A stretch of 27,143 nt of DNA from Clostridiaceae bacterium (GCA_012522285.1 JAAYKS010000108.1:1-27143); one strand, 5' to 3'. Shown: positions 8,203 to 16,887, counted from the stretch's first letter. Notes: generated by a model not told the origin, from the letters alone. Numbers and translations are program-made.

Positions 8203-10023
8203 TCATTCGATTCGCCAGCCCAGGTCCTCCAACCGCTTATATCGCGCGTACCAGCCCTCCTCGCGGGCGAGCGCCCGGGGTGGGCCGCTTTCCACGATCC
8301 GTCCTTTTTCCATGATATGAACGGTATCCACGTCGAGAAGTCCGGACAATCGATGACTCACCGTCAAGATGGTTTTTTTGCCACCCACCGCGCGAATGGC
8401 ATCCAATACTTTGCGCTCGGTCAGAGCGTCCAGTCCGGATGTCAGCTCGTCGAGCAGCAGTAGCAGCGGATCAGTGACCAGCGCCCGGGCCAAAGACAAC
8501 AGCTGGGTTTGTCCGAAAGAAAGATGTGCGGCGCCCTCTCCCAGAAGGGTATCCAATCCTTCTTCCAACCCGTCGACCATTTCCCGCAGCCCGACGAGCT
8601 CCAACGCTCCCAGCACCTGGTCCCGCGTGATCGCATCGTCACGCAGTGTGATGTTGTCGCGAATGCTACCGTTGAATACGACCACGGTCTGCGGCACGAT
8701 GCCGATTCTGCGCCTGCGCTCCTCCGGTGCCAGCAGATACGGATTGACACCCCCGACCCGGATGGAGCCTTCCGCCACTGGATACAGCCCGACCACAAGG
8801 TGGAGCAGTGTTGTTTTGCCCGATCCCGTGCGCCCGGCCAGCGCGGCTTTGGTACCGGTGGGAATGGTAAGGTCGGTGCCGTGTAGTACATCCGCTCCGT
8901 TCCGATAGGAGAATCGGACCCCAGTCAGCACGATGTCAGGGCGGGCACACGGTCCTACCGAGACGGAGGAGTCTGCTTCCACCGGTGCCGGGCAAGAGAG
9001 GTCGGGTGCCTCTGTTTTTTGGAGAGGCTGTTTTCCTTCCGTCTCGGTAGGAAGACGAAAATACGCGCGAATTCGCACCAGCCCGGCCATCGCCTGCTGG
9101 ATGGTCAGCAATTCACCCGCGGCGGCTTCGATCGGTTCAAACAGCCGGATCATCAGATCCGCCGAGGCTGCCAAAGCGCCTAAACTGAGTCCCAGTGCGA
9201 GTGGCGTGGCATTTTGCCCGGCACCTGCTACCAGCACCAGCGCGATCACGGCCGCGCGAACGGTCTGTAGCACACAGGGAAACCAGGCGTCGTACACACT
9301 GTTGGCGTTCATGGCGACGCGGTGCCCTTCCAGCAGCGGCTCAAATCGCTCCGCGAAGTGCCTCTCGCGGCCGAACACCTTGATCACATTCATGCCGGAG
9401 TAGATTTCCTGGATTCCGGTATTGATGTCCGATACCCGCTGGCGTACCACCTTCTGCCGCTGGTAAATCCTGCGACGGAAAAAATCGGATAGAACATAGA
9501 CAACGGGAATGGCTCCCGCAGCGATCCATCCCACCACCGGCGAGATCGCAAACAGCGCCAGCAGCAAACCACCGATCTTGAGCAAGTCCGCTGCCGCGCC
9601 GACCAACCCCGCGGTAAAGAGGCTGTTCACAGCATCGATATCCGAGGAGAATCGCGCCATGGTCTCGCCCGCCGGCGTGTTGAGATAGTGATCCATCGGC
9701 AGCAACGGTAACCGTTCCAGCATCATAGAGCGGATTCGGAGCAGGATGCGCTGGCCAAGTACCATCGCGCCGTACTCTCGTACGAGATCTGACAGCCCGA
9801 TCGCCAGCACCGCGCCCAGATAGAGAAGGGCCATCTGCCACAGACTCCCGGGCCCTCCCGTCAACGGGCCGTCGACCAACCGGCGCAACACACGGGACGG
9901 GCCGGCGACCAACACCGTCCCGGCGACCACCGCGGCCAGCATCGCGACAGTGTGCCAGGGCCTCCTGCGCACAGTTTCGGCCAAAGCGCGCCATAAAAAA
10001 CGCTCTTCCGGATTTTTACGCAT
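8203..10023 (-). CDS. ABC exporter ATP-binding/permease subunit B (fused TMD-NBD), 606 aa
   Basis: TMD, then Walker A GRTGSGKT, degenerate signature LSFGQ, Walker B LLLLDE and H-loop SHR. ATG 10023 overlaps the upstream stop and has a GGAGG RBS. Confidence 0.92.
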   Translation of the reverse strand: MRKNPEERFLWRALAETVRRRPWHTVAMLAAVVAGTVLVAGPSRVLRRLVDGPLTGGPGSLWQMALLYLGAVLAIGLSDLVREYGAMVLGQRILLRIRSMMLERLPLLPMDHYLNTPAGETMARFSSDIDAVNSLFTAGLVGAAADLLKIGGLLLALFAISPVVGWIAAGAIPVVYVLSDFFRRRIYQRQKVVRQRVSDINTGIQEIYSGMNVIKVFGRERHFAERFEPLLEGHRVAMNANSVYDAWFPCVLQTVRAAVIALVLVAGAGQNATPLALGLSLGALAASADLMIRLFEPIEAAAGELLTIQQAMAGLVRIRAYFRLPTETEGKQPLQKTEAPDLSCPAPVEADSSVSVGPCARPDIVLTGVRFSYRNGADVLHGTDLTIPTGTKAALAGRTGSGKTTLLHLVVGLYPVAEGSIRVGGVNPYLLAPEERRRRIGIVPQTVVVFNGSIRDNITLRDDAITRDQVLGALELVGLREMVDGLEEGLDTLLGEGAAHLSFGQTQLLSLARALVTDPLLLLLDELTSGLDALTERKVLDAIRAVGGKKTILTVSHRLSGLLDVDTVHIMEKGRIVESGPPRALAREEGWYARYKRLEDLGWRIE

Positions 10024-11790
10024 AGCCGCCCTCCTCCAGAAACACCTGCGCTTCGTAGATTTCCTTGTATAGCCCGGATTGGCGCACCAGTTCCTCATGT
10101 GTTCCCGATTGGACGATCCTGCCCTGTTCCAGCACCAATATCCGATCGGCTTGCCGGAACGCGGTCAACCGGTGTGTGAACAACAATATGATGCGGTCGG
10201 CAGCATCCGTCCGAAGTCCATCGACAATACGCTCCTCCGTCGCGATGTCCACCGCGGAAAAAGGATCGTCCAGCAGCAGGACGGGCGCCTGAGAGTAAAC
10301 AGCCCTCGCCATGGCAATCCGCTGCCGCTGTCCGCCGGACACCCGGACTCCTTTCTCTCCGACCGCGGTGTCCAGCCCTTGGGGAAACCGACCAAGATCT
10401 TCCAGCAGGGCGGTCGCCTCCAAAACGGTGTCCAGTCTGTCCCGGCCCTTTCCAGCCCCGGAGTCAGGTGCTTTTTGACCTTCCTCGTCGATGCCGAGCA
10501 GAATGTTGTCACGGATGCTCATGGAGAACAGGAACTGTTCGTGTCCCGCATACGCGACCAGTCGCCGTCGCTCGGAGGCGGATAACCCGGACAGTTCCCT
10601 GTCTCCCATCCGGATGCTTCCGAGATAGGGATAGAGGCCGGTCAGGCAGTGGGCCAGTTGACTTTTCCCCGATCCGACGGCACCGGTGATCCCGATGATC
10701 TCGCCGCGTTTTGCCGAAAAGGCGATGTCGTGGAGAAAATGACCGCCATCCAAACCAAACGACAAGTCCTCGACCACAAGTTCCGGGCAGTCGGGCACCG
10801 AGGACGTCTCGACTCCCTCTTCAGGCCGGCCATCCTCCATCTTTTCACGGATTCTCGTCCAGGCGGCACGTGCGCCGTGCCAACGGTTAAAACACGCGCG
10901 GCAACCCGCGTCCTGCCTGAGAACGCGATAAACATCACCAGAAACGCGTTGAACGTGCCGACGCTCCACGCGCCGTTCACAACCTCGCGCCCGCCCTGTG
11001 CCAGGACCACCACGATCCCCAAACCCGCAATCAAGGCATAGACCGGCAGCATCGCCTGCTGCAACAACATTTCCCGGATGGAAAACCGTGCCTGCCGTTC
11101 GTAGGCGTCGCGGATGCCCTCTGCCTCGTCCCGCTCCCGTCCGAACAGGCGGAGTACGGCGACGGCATCCAGATAACGCTGCAGCCCGGTGCTGGAAGCT
11201 GCGGCGGCCTTGCGCGCATTCATGGAATATCGATAGAGCACATGCCGCATGTTCTGTGCGAGAAAAATGGTCACCGGAACCATCACCGAAGCCAACAGTG
11301 TAATCCGCCAGTCCCGAATCATGAGGACCACAAAGTACGATACCATCAGCAACCACGTATCCCAGCCCTCGTTGAGCGTGGTCATCACGGTGTCGACCAC
11401 CAGTGTGATGTCCCCCACCGTTCTGGACATCAGATCGCCGACGGACTCCTTTTCCAGTTCGGGCAACGGTCGTCCGAGAACACGTTCAATCAGGGTCTGC
11501 CGCAGGTCGCAGGCAACCCGGTTGAACTGGTCCCGCATGAACCATCGTTTCACATATCGCGCGAACTGGAAGAATCCGGTCATACCGACAAAATAGGCGG
11601 CCGACAGCCATACCTGCCGCGCCGTGCCGCCGCCAGCCGCATCGAGCAGCCGCCCCATCAGGATGGGACCCAGCACAATCATGGTGTTGTACAGAATGCC
11701 CCCGATCGACGACACAATGAACTGGAACCGGTATTTCCACAGATACGCGGGCAGCGTTTCGCGTCCACGGGGCGGGCCGAATCGTTTCAT
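10016..11790 (-). pseudogene. ABC exporter subunit A (fused TMD-NBD) split by a 1-nt frameshift at about 10889-10892; 591 aa if restored
   Basis: The TMD is in the frame of ORF 10642..11838 (true ATG 11790 with AGGAG RBS). The NBD (GAVGSGKS, SGGQRQR, VLLLDD, THR) is in the frame of ORF 10016..11356. The frames join at CGT GTT TT(T) AAC CGT TGG. It could be a real lesion, a sequencing error or recoding. Confidence 0.85.
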
Positions 11791-11806
11791 CTGATTCGCT
11801 CTCCTG

Positions 11807-12148
11807 TCAGGATCTGTCGTCGTTCTGCATCTCCGCATGAGGCATACGGATTTCTTTGAACAACTCGTATGCTTTCCCGCGGGCGCGGTCGAGAACCATG
11901 CGGCCTGCTTCGGTGATCGTATAATACTTGCGCGTCTTGCCGGCGACCACCCGGTTTTCGCTTTCGATCAATCCGTCTTTCTCCTTCGCGTGCAGGATGG
12001 GATACAGGGTCCCGGCACTCATGGAGTATCCGTGTCTGCTCAGTTCTTCGATCATCCATGCGCCATAGACCGGCTCCTGACCGGCGTGATGCAAGATGTG
12101 GATACTGATAAATCCGAGGAACATACGGCGGATGACGCGACTGTCCAT
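11807..12148 (-). CDS. PadR family transcriptional regulator, 113 aa
   Basis: HILHHA...YGAWMIEEL...SAGTLYPIL...RKYYTITEAG. ATG 12148 has a GAGGGAG RBS. Confidence 0.92.
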   Translation of the reverse strand: MDSRVIRRMFLGFISIHILHHAGQEPVYGAWMIEELSRHGYSMSAGTLYPILHAKEKDGLIESENRVVAGKTRKYYTITEAGRMVLDRARGKAYELFKEIRMPHAEMQNDDRS

Positions 12149-12178
12149 ACAATGCGCTCCCTCTCTGTAACGGATGAC

Positions 12179-12216
12179 GATATCGGCATTCGATATCAAT
12201 ATGGTATCATATTGAT
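12179..12216. promoter_or_regulatory. Two overlapping palindromes in the padR/chrA divergent promoter; probable PadR operators
   Basis: GATATCG-N5-CGATATC (12179-12197) and ATCAATATG-N4-CATATTGAT (12195-12216). Extended -10 TGgTATCAT on plus (12202-12210). TTGACA on minus (12232-12237). Confidence 0.55.
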
Positions 12217-12262
12217 CACACCCCCCCGCATTGTCAAGGGACAAGGCACAAGGAGGTTTGAC

Positions 12263-13369
12263 ATGTCGCACAACCAACTCAACCGCACCCGGTATCTTGA
12301 GATCGCCCGCGTGTTTCTGCGGCTGGGGTTGTTGGCGTTTGGCGGACCTGCCGCCCATATTGCGATGATGGAAGACGAAATCGTCACCCGCCGCAAATGG
12401 ATCTCCAAAGAGAGGTTCGTCGACCTGCTCGGATTTACCAACTTGATTCCAGGCCCAAATTCGACCGAAATGGCCATCCACCTCGGACTCGAGCGGGGAG
12501 GACGCCTCGGTCTTCTGATCGCGGGAACCTGCTTCATCTTTCCCGCGATGGCGATCGTCCTGTTGTTCGCGTACGTGTATGTCCGATTTGGCTCGATCCC
12601 CACAGTCGCGCACATCTTTGACGGGATCAAGCCGGTCATCCTCGCGGTGGTCGTCCAGGCACTGTACCGACTGGGCACTCTGGTGCTCAAAAAAAGGGAT
12701 GCCGCGCTCCTGGCGGCCGGAGCGCTCGCGGCCTCCCTGTTGGGGGTGGGGGAGATTCCGATCCTGCTGGCGGCCGGGCTGCTGCTGCTGGGTTGGCGGT
12801 CGATCGGGAAACGCGGGGCGTCCACCCGGTTGATGATCGTCGATCCGATGTCGCTTGGGCTGCTTTTCCTGTTGTTTCTCAAAATCGGATCGGTCCTGTA
12901 TGGCAGCGGATACGTGTTGCTCGCCTTTTTGCGATCCGAATTTGTAGACCGGTATGCGGTGCTTTCGACGCAGCAACTGCTCGACGCGGTCGCGGTAGGG
13001 CAGTTCACCCCCGGACCGGTGTTCACGACTGCAACCTTTGTCGGTTACCTGATTCGGGGAGTGCCGGGTGCGCTGCTTGCGACGGCCGGCATTTTCCTCC
13101 CGTCATTTGTACTGGTGCTGTTGTTTCATCCGTTGATCGACCGGATGCGGCGGTCTCCGGTCGTATCCGATGTGCTGGACGGGGTCAACGCCGCTTCGAT
13201 CGCCCTGATGGCTGCGGTCACGCTGATTCTGGGTCGTGCGACATTGGTCACCTGGCCGGCGGTCGTCCTCTTCGCAGCCAGCGCATTTCTGCTGATCCGA
13301 TACAAGGTCAACGCGACCTGGTTGATCCTGGGAGGCGGTGCTGCAGGCGTCCTGCTGTCACTTTTGTAG
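12263..13369 (+). CDS. chrA: Chromate efflux transporter (long-chain CHR family), 368 aa
   Basis: FGGPAAHIAMM, PGPNSTE, YGSGYVL and TPGPVFTTATFVGY in two homologous halves. ATG 12263 has an AGGAGG RBS. Confidence 0.92.
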   Translation: MSHNQLNRTRYLEIARVFLRLGLLAFGGPAAHIAMMEDEIVTRRKWISKERFVDLLGFTNLIPGPNSTEMAIHLGLERGGRLGLLIAGTCFIFPAMAIVLLFAYVYVRFGSIPTVAHIFDGIKPVILAVVVQALYRLGTLVLKKRDAALLAAGALAASLLGVGEIPILLAAGLLLLGWRSIGKRGASTRLMIVDPMSLGLLFLLFLKIGSVLYGSGYVLLAFLRSEFVDRYAVLSTQQLLDAVAVGQFTPGPVFTTATFVGYLIRGVPGALLATAGIFLPSFVLVLLFHPLIDRMRRSPVVSDVLDGVNAASIALMAAVTLILGRATLVTWPAVVLFAASAFLLIRYKVNATWLILGGGAAGVLLSLL

Positions 13370-13389
13370 AGATATAGCTCCGCGAGAAG

Positions 13390-14298
13390 TTATGATGTGG
13401 GTGCAGCGGAAGTGGGATCGAGAACCGACACATCCTGTGATCCCTCATCGTTGAGAAAAGGCGCGTACATCATGACCGCATGGTTTTCCGTAACGTACTC
13501 TTCGTCGAGATAGGTTCCGTCCGGATCGTAGCGCAACCGAACCAGCTCGTTGTGCCGGGAGAACCCGCCCCAGTATTCCCGCCGGATCTCATGGTTGCGT
13601 TCCACCACCTGATAGACATTTATCGGGGAAGCCGATGCGCGCCATTCGCCCTCCAGATTCGTTTCTCCCACGCGAAGCGACAACTGAAAGTCCATTCCCG
13701 TATCGTTGCGGACCATGAGATCCCTGTAGGGATAGACACAAGTCGCACCGCTTCCGAACGGCAAAGTTCGATTGACGTCCGGAAAGACGTCGTAGGAGTG
13801 ACGGAACCGTTCCGCGATGGTCAGGTCGGTGTGCAGTGTCATCCAGTACAGCAGATTGGTGATCTGACACAGACCGCCGCCGATCCCGGGTTTGACCGAT
13901 CCACACTCCAGCTCGAATCCAAGGATATATCCATGGCGCGCGACCGGAGGGCGCACCCTTTTCCAAAAACTCAGTGCCTCACCGGGATGCAGCACCAGTC
14001 CGTCCAGCCGGGCGGATGCCACACGCAAATTCGTGATTTTATTGTATTGGTAGACCATGTCGACATTTTTAAGCGGTCGGATCAATGGGGAATCGTGTGT
14101 CGCATGGACATGCGGCAAACGATCGGTCGTCTGTTCGCGGGCAAACCGGATGCGGCCCGACCACCACAATAGATATCGCCTTCCCTTATAGTACATCCGT
14201 CCCAGTTGACGTCGGATCAGCCCGCGTCGGATCGGCCGGATGTCATCCGGATCCCTTCGCCGGTCCAGCAGTAGCCGGATGCGTTTTGTAGTCCCCAT
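13390..14298 (-). CDS. VanW family protein (stand-alone type), 302 aa
   Basis: KITNLRVA...LDGLVLHPGEALSFW...GIGGGLCQITNLLYW...ERFRHSY...DLMVRNDT. Ends an apparent operon, 24 nt after DUF3307. Confidence 0.88.
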   Translation of the reverse strand: MGTTKRIRLLLDRRRDPDDIRPIRRGLIRRQLGRMYYKGRRYLLWWSGRIRFAREQTTDRLPHVHATHDSPLIRPLKNVDMVYQYNKITNLRVASARLDGLVLHPGEALSFWKRVRPPVARHGYILGFELECGSVKPGIGGGLCQITNLLYWMTLHTDLTIAERFRHSYDVFPDVNRTLPFGSGATCVYPYRDLMVRNDTGMDFQLSLRVGETNLEGEWRASASPINVYQVVERNHEIRREYWGGFSRHNELVRLRYDPDGTYLDEEYVTENHAVMMYAPFLNDEGSQDVSVLDPTSAAPTS

Positions 14299-14322
14299 CT
14301 TGTACCCCTCCCCCTCGTAACC

Positions 14323-15072
14323 CTATCCCGCGATCGACCAATATCCGACACACAGCAAGGCGGCCAGCACACTGGCGAGTGTCCCGACCAGATAGCGTTC
14401 CGCGAAGCTGCGGTCTGCAGCCAATCGGTTAAACCGCGCCACACTTTTAGCCGCGACGATCAACCCGATCGCACCCAGCTGGCCGACCAGCCCGAGCGTC
14501 AGAATCACCGCGCGCTCCAACATCCCGATGGCTCGCCCGGCGCGGTCAGGCGCTTCGCCGGCACCGCCTTCCGTATCCAAGTGTCCCTCTCCCACCGATT
14601 GCAGCACCTTGCGCACCAGGATCGATGCGGGCTGAAGACAAAGCAAATACAACAACAGAAGCAATACAACCTGTGCGACCGGACCTTCCCCATATGTGTT
14701 GATGAAATGTCGAAGAGGAGTTCCTTCCACCGGTCCAGCTGTCACCGCCAATCGGACGACAACGAGAATAGTTGCCACGTGAATCGCCTGATCGGCCAGA
14801 AACAAAGCCAGCCCGTCACGCTCCAGGTGATTGCGCAGTACCAGGGATTTCATGCCATCGACAAAAATATGAATCAATGAAAGGGTCAGCGCGACCGGCC
14901 AGGCTCGGCCTGGTGGCAAAGCAAAAAAAGAAACTGCCGTAACACATGCCAGGTACAATGCGGCATGCATTGCCAGTCCGGAGAAGCTGCGATGCTTTCG
15001 TTGCACCGCCATACCGGACTGCAGAAAAAAATCTCCCGCCAGGTGTGCAATGAGAAACAATTGGACGATCAC
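14323..15072 (-). CDS. DUF3307 domain multi-pass membrane protein, 249 aa
   Basis: AHLAGDFFLQS, HIFVD, FLADQAIH, GRAIGMLER, AAKSVARF and ERYLVGTLAS. GTG start 15072 with GGAGGAGG RBS overlaps the SatD stop (GTGA). Confidence 0.85.
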   Translation of the reverse strand: MIVQLFLIAHLAGDFFLQSGMAVQRKHRSFSGLAMHAALYLACVTAVSFFALPPGRAWPVALTLSLIHIFVDGMKSLVLRNHLERDGLALFLADQAIHVATILVVVRLAVTAGPVEGTPLRHFINTYGEGPVAQVVLLLLLYLLCLQPASILVRKVLQSVGEGHLDTEGGAGEAPDRAGRAIGMLERAVILTLGLVGQLGAIGLIVAAKSVARFNRLAADRSFAERYLVGTLASVLAALLCVGYWSIAG

Positions 15073-15902
15073 GTTGCATCCTCCTCCAGGAGCGTATCCA
15101 GCCACCTCAGGATCACCATTTCCTGGTCCCTTATACCGGACAGATTGCCCGCCCTCATGATATTGGCGATATTTTGCCGCGACTCTCCCGTGATGTCCGC
15201 CAGCCTCCCCGGGAGACCGCGCAAGGTTCGGAACCGCCGCAACACTCCCTGCCCGTCCGCAGGGTCATCCGTGATCCATTCTACGACAGATACTTTGTCA
15301 AAATCAAAGATGTCTCCTTTGGATTGATACAGTGGATGATCTTTCATCAGCATTTCGATGTCCGGGAAGACCGATGGGTCCATTTCGTCCTGCAGCAAAA
15401 CCGGAACCATCACTTCCGTCAGGACCAGAAGCTGCCGCTGTTTTAGAGTCAATGCCACACGCATTTCGTGTTCCCGAATCAGAAATTCGTTGGCAAAGAC
15501 ATCTGCAGCGGTATCGGTAAGCAATGCGGCTTTCCCGCCAGCCTCTTCCGCCAACCCGATCGCACGCCGGGCTCGATGGTAGGCAGTACCGTCCTGTTCC
15601 GTCGACTGTCCGCCTTCCACGCGGAGCGTCCAGTCTCCGACGCCGATTCCCATCCGCAGCGGGACCGGTGCTGTCAGGCTATCCAGCACCCGGAAATACC
15701 GATACGCCGCGGCAGGCGCGCTAAACAGACCCTGAAACTCGTCTCCGGCAGAAAAGCCGACTCGAATCAGCAGCGACGGCGCGAACAACCGGTTGAGGAA
15801 TTCCAGGCAGCGAAGGAGACGTTCCTGGAGCGCCTGCCGCTCCACCCGTTCGTATTTCCGGGATTTTTCGATGTCTACCATGAGAGCGGCGTAAGATTTC
15901 AT
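15069..15902 (-). CDS. SatD family protein (nucleotide-cyclase-like N-domain plus C-terminal HTH), 277 aa
   Basis: AALMVDIEKSR, SAGDEFQGLF, LRMGIGVG and QDGTAYHRAR, then LTLKQRQ and an HTH-like LADITGESRQNIANIMRAG. ATG 15902 has a GGGGAGGG RBS. Confidence 0.85.
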   Translation of the reverse strand: MKSYAALMVDIEKSRKYERVERQALQERLLRCLEFLNRLFAPSLLIRVGFSAGDEFQGLFSAPAAAYRYFRVLDSLTAPVPLRMGIGVGDWTLRVEGGQSTEQDGTAYHRARRAIGLAEEAGGKAALLTDTAADVFANEFLIREHEMRVALTLKQRQLLVLTEVMVPVLLQDEMDPSVFPDIEMLMKDHPLYQSKGDIFDFDKVSVVEWITDDPADGQGVLRRFRTLRGLPGRLADITGESRQNIANIMRAGNLSGIRDQEMVILRWLDTLLEEDAT

Positions 15903-15950
15903 GAGCAAGCCCTCCCCTGGGAAGAATACCACACGAGGGGCTAAAACGAC

Positions 15951-16002
15951 AACTAAATAGAGTTGCTTTTTAAAATAGCAACCTTTTTTAGTTTCATGTC
16001 AA
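15951..16002 (-). promoter_or_regulatory. 43-bp imperfect palindrome overlapping the putative satD promoter (TTGACA at 15997-16002)
   Basis: AACTAAA-N4-GTTGCT-N9-AGCAAC-N4-TTTAGTT at 15951-15993, in an AT-rich patch. Confidence 0.55.
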
Positions 16003-16141
16003 ACCGTAAGTCGTCCGAACGAATCGACGGCAAACCGGACATTGCGGCTCCAGCCCGCTTCGGTAAGCGGGGTATAATCGTCTTGCGGGACTTACGTTCC
16101 CATCCGCTACTTTCCACAAACGGATCGTGAAAGGTAAAAGT

Positions 16142-16858
16142 ATGTCCTGGGCCTGGAACCCCTGGCACGGCTGCCACAAGATCAGCCCCGGCTGCGCGCA
16201 CTGCTACGTGTACCGCCACGACGCGAGATACGAGCGGGATGCTGCCGACGTGCGCAAAAACGCGGACTTCGGGCTGCCGGTACGCCGGGATCGAAGCGGC
16301 CATTTCAAAATTCCGCCGGGCGAATTGGTCTATACCTGCTTTACGTCGGATTTTTTTCTTGAAGATGCGGATGCGTGGCGCAAAGAGGCCTGGGACATGA
16401 TCCGTATGCGCGACGATCTGTCTTTTTTTCTGATCACCAAACGGATTCACCGGTTTGCGGTGAATCTGCCCGCAGACTGGGGGGAGGGGTACCCGCATGT
16501 GTCGATCGCGACGACGGTCGAAAACCAGGACCGCGTGGATTTCCGGATGCCATTGTATCTTGTCGCGCCGATCCGGCACAAAAGCATCGTCTGCGAGCCG
16601 TTGCTTGAGAGAATCGACCTGACTCCCTATTTGTCCGACGAGATCGAACACGTGACGGTCGGCGGCGAGTCGGGAAATGAAGCACGGCTGTGCCGTTACG
16701 AGTGGGTACTGGACATCCGGGAGCAGTGCAGGCAGCGAGGCATCCCGTTCCATTTCAAGCAGACTGGAGCGTTGTTCGAAAAAGACGGCTACACCTACCG
16801 TGTCCCCCGCGAACACCAGCACAAGCAAGCTCAAAAAGCCGGGATCAATCTGCCCTAA
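16142..16858 (+). CDS. DUF5131 family (phage Gp37/Gp68-like) radical-SAM-like protein, 238 aa
   Basis: WNPWHGCHKISPGCAHCY (CX6CX2C), CFTSDFF, ITKRIHR, SIVCEPLL, VGGESG and FHFKQTG. Confidence 0.9.
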   Translation: MSWAWNPWHGCHKISPGCAHCYVYRHDARYERDAADVRKNADFGLPVRRDRSGHFKIPPGELVYTCFTSDFFLEDADAWRKEAWDMIRMRDDLSFFLITKRIHRFAVNLPADWGEGYPHVSIATTVENQDRVDFRMPLYLVAPIRHKSIVCEPLLERIDLTPYLSDEIEHVTVGGESGNEARLCRYEWVLDIREQCRQRGIPFHFKQTGALFEKDGYTYRVPREHQHKQAQKAGINLP

Positions 16859-16887
16859 CGTTTAAAATACACAAGATGCGTTTCGGT

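Noticed and set aside
10016-11356. 446-aa ORF read as an independent ATPase gene
   Set aside because: Its first 150 or so residues are off-frame TMD sequence. It is the distal half of the frameshifted gene.
11837-12262. N-terminal extension of the chrA ORF (510 aa)
   Set aside because: It is antisense to padR and crosses the promoter. ATG 12263 has an AGGAGG RBS.
11807-12976. 389-aa ORF apparently extending PadR
   Set aside because: The upstream part is antisense to chrA. The real start is ATG 12148 with an RBS.
13390-14298. vanW as evidence of vancomycin resistance
   Set aside because: No vanHAX/vanRS-type genes are in the window, and VanW alone does not confer resistance.
15953-16834. 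293-aa minus-strand ORF
   Set aside because: Antisense shadow of DUF5131.
16859-16887. Convergent gene ends with no visible terminator (also 13370-13389 and 24803-24821)
   Set aside because: This is common in compact genomes. Antisense regulation cannot be supported from sequence alone.
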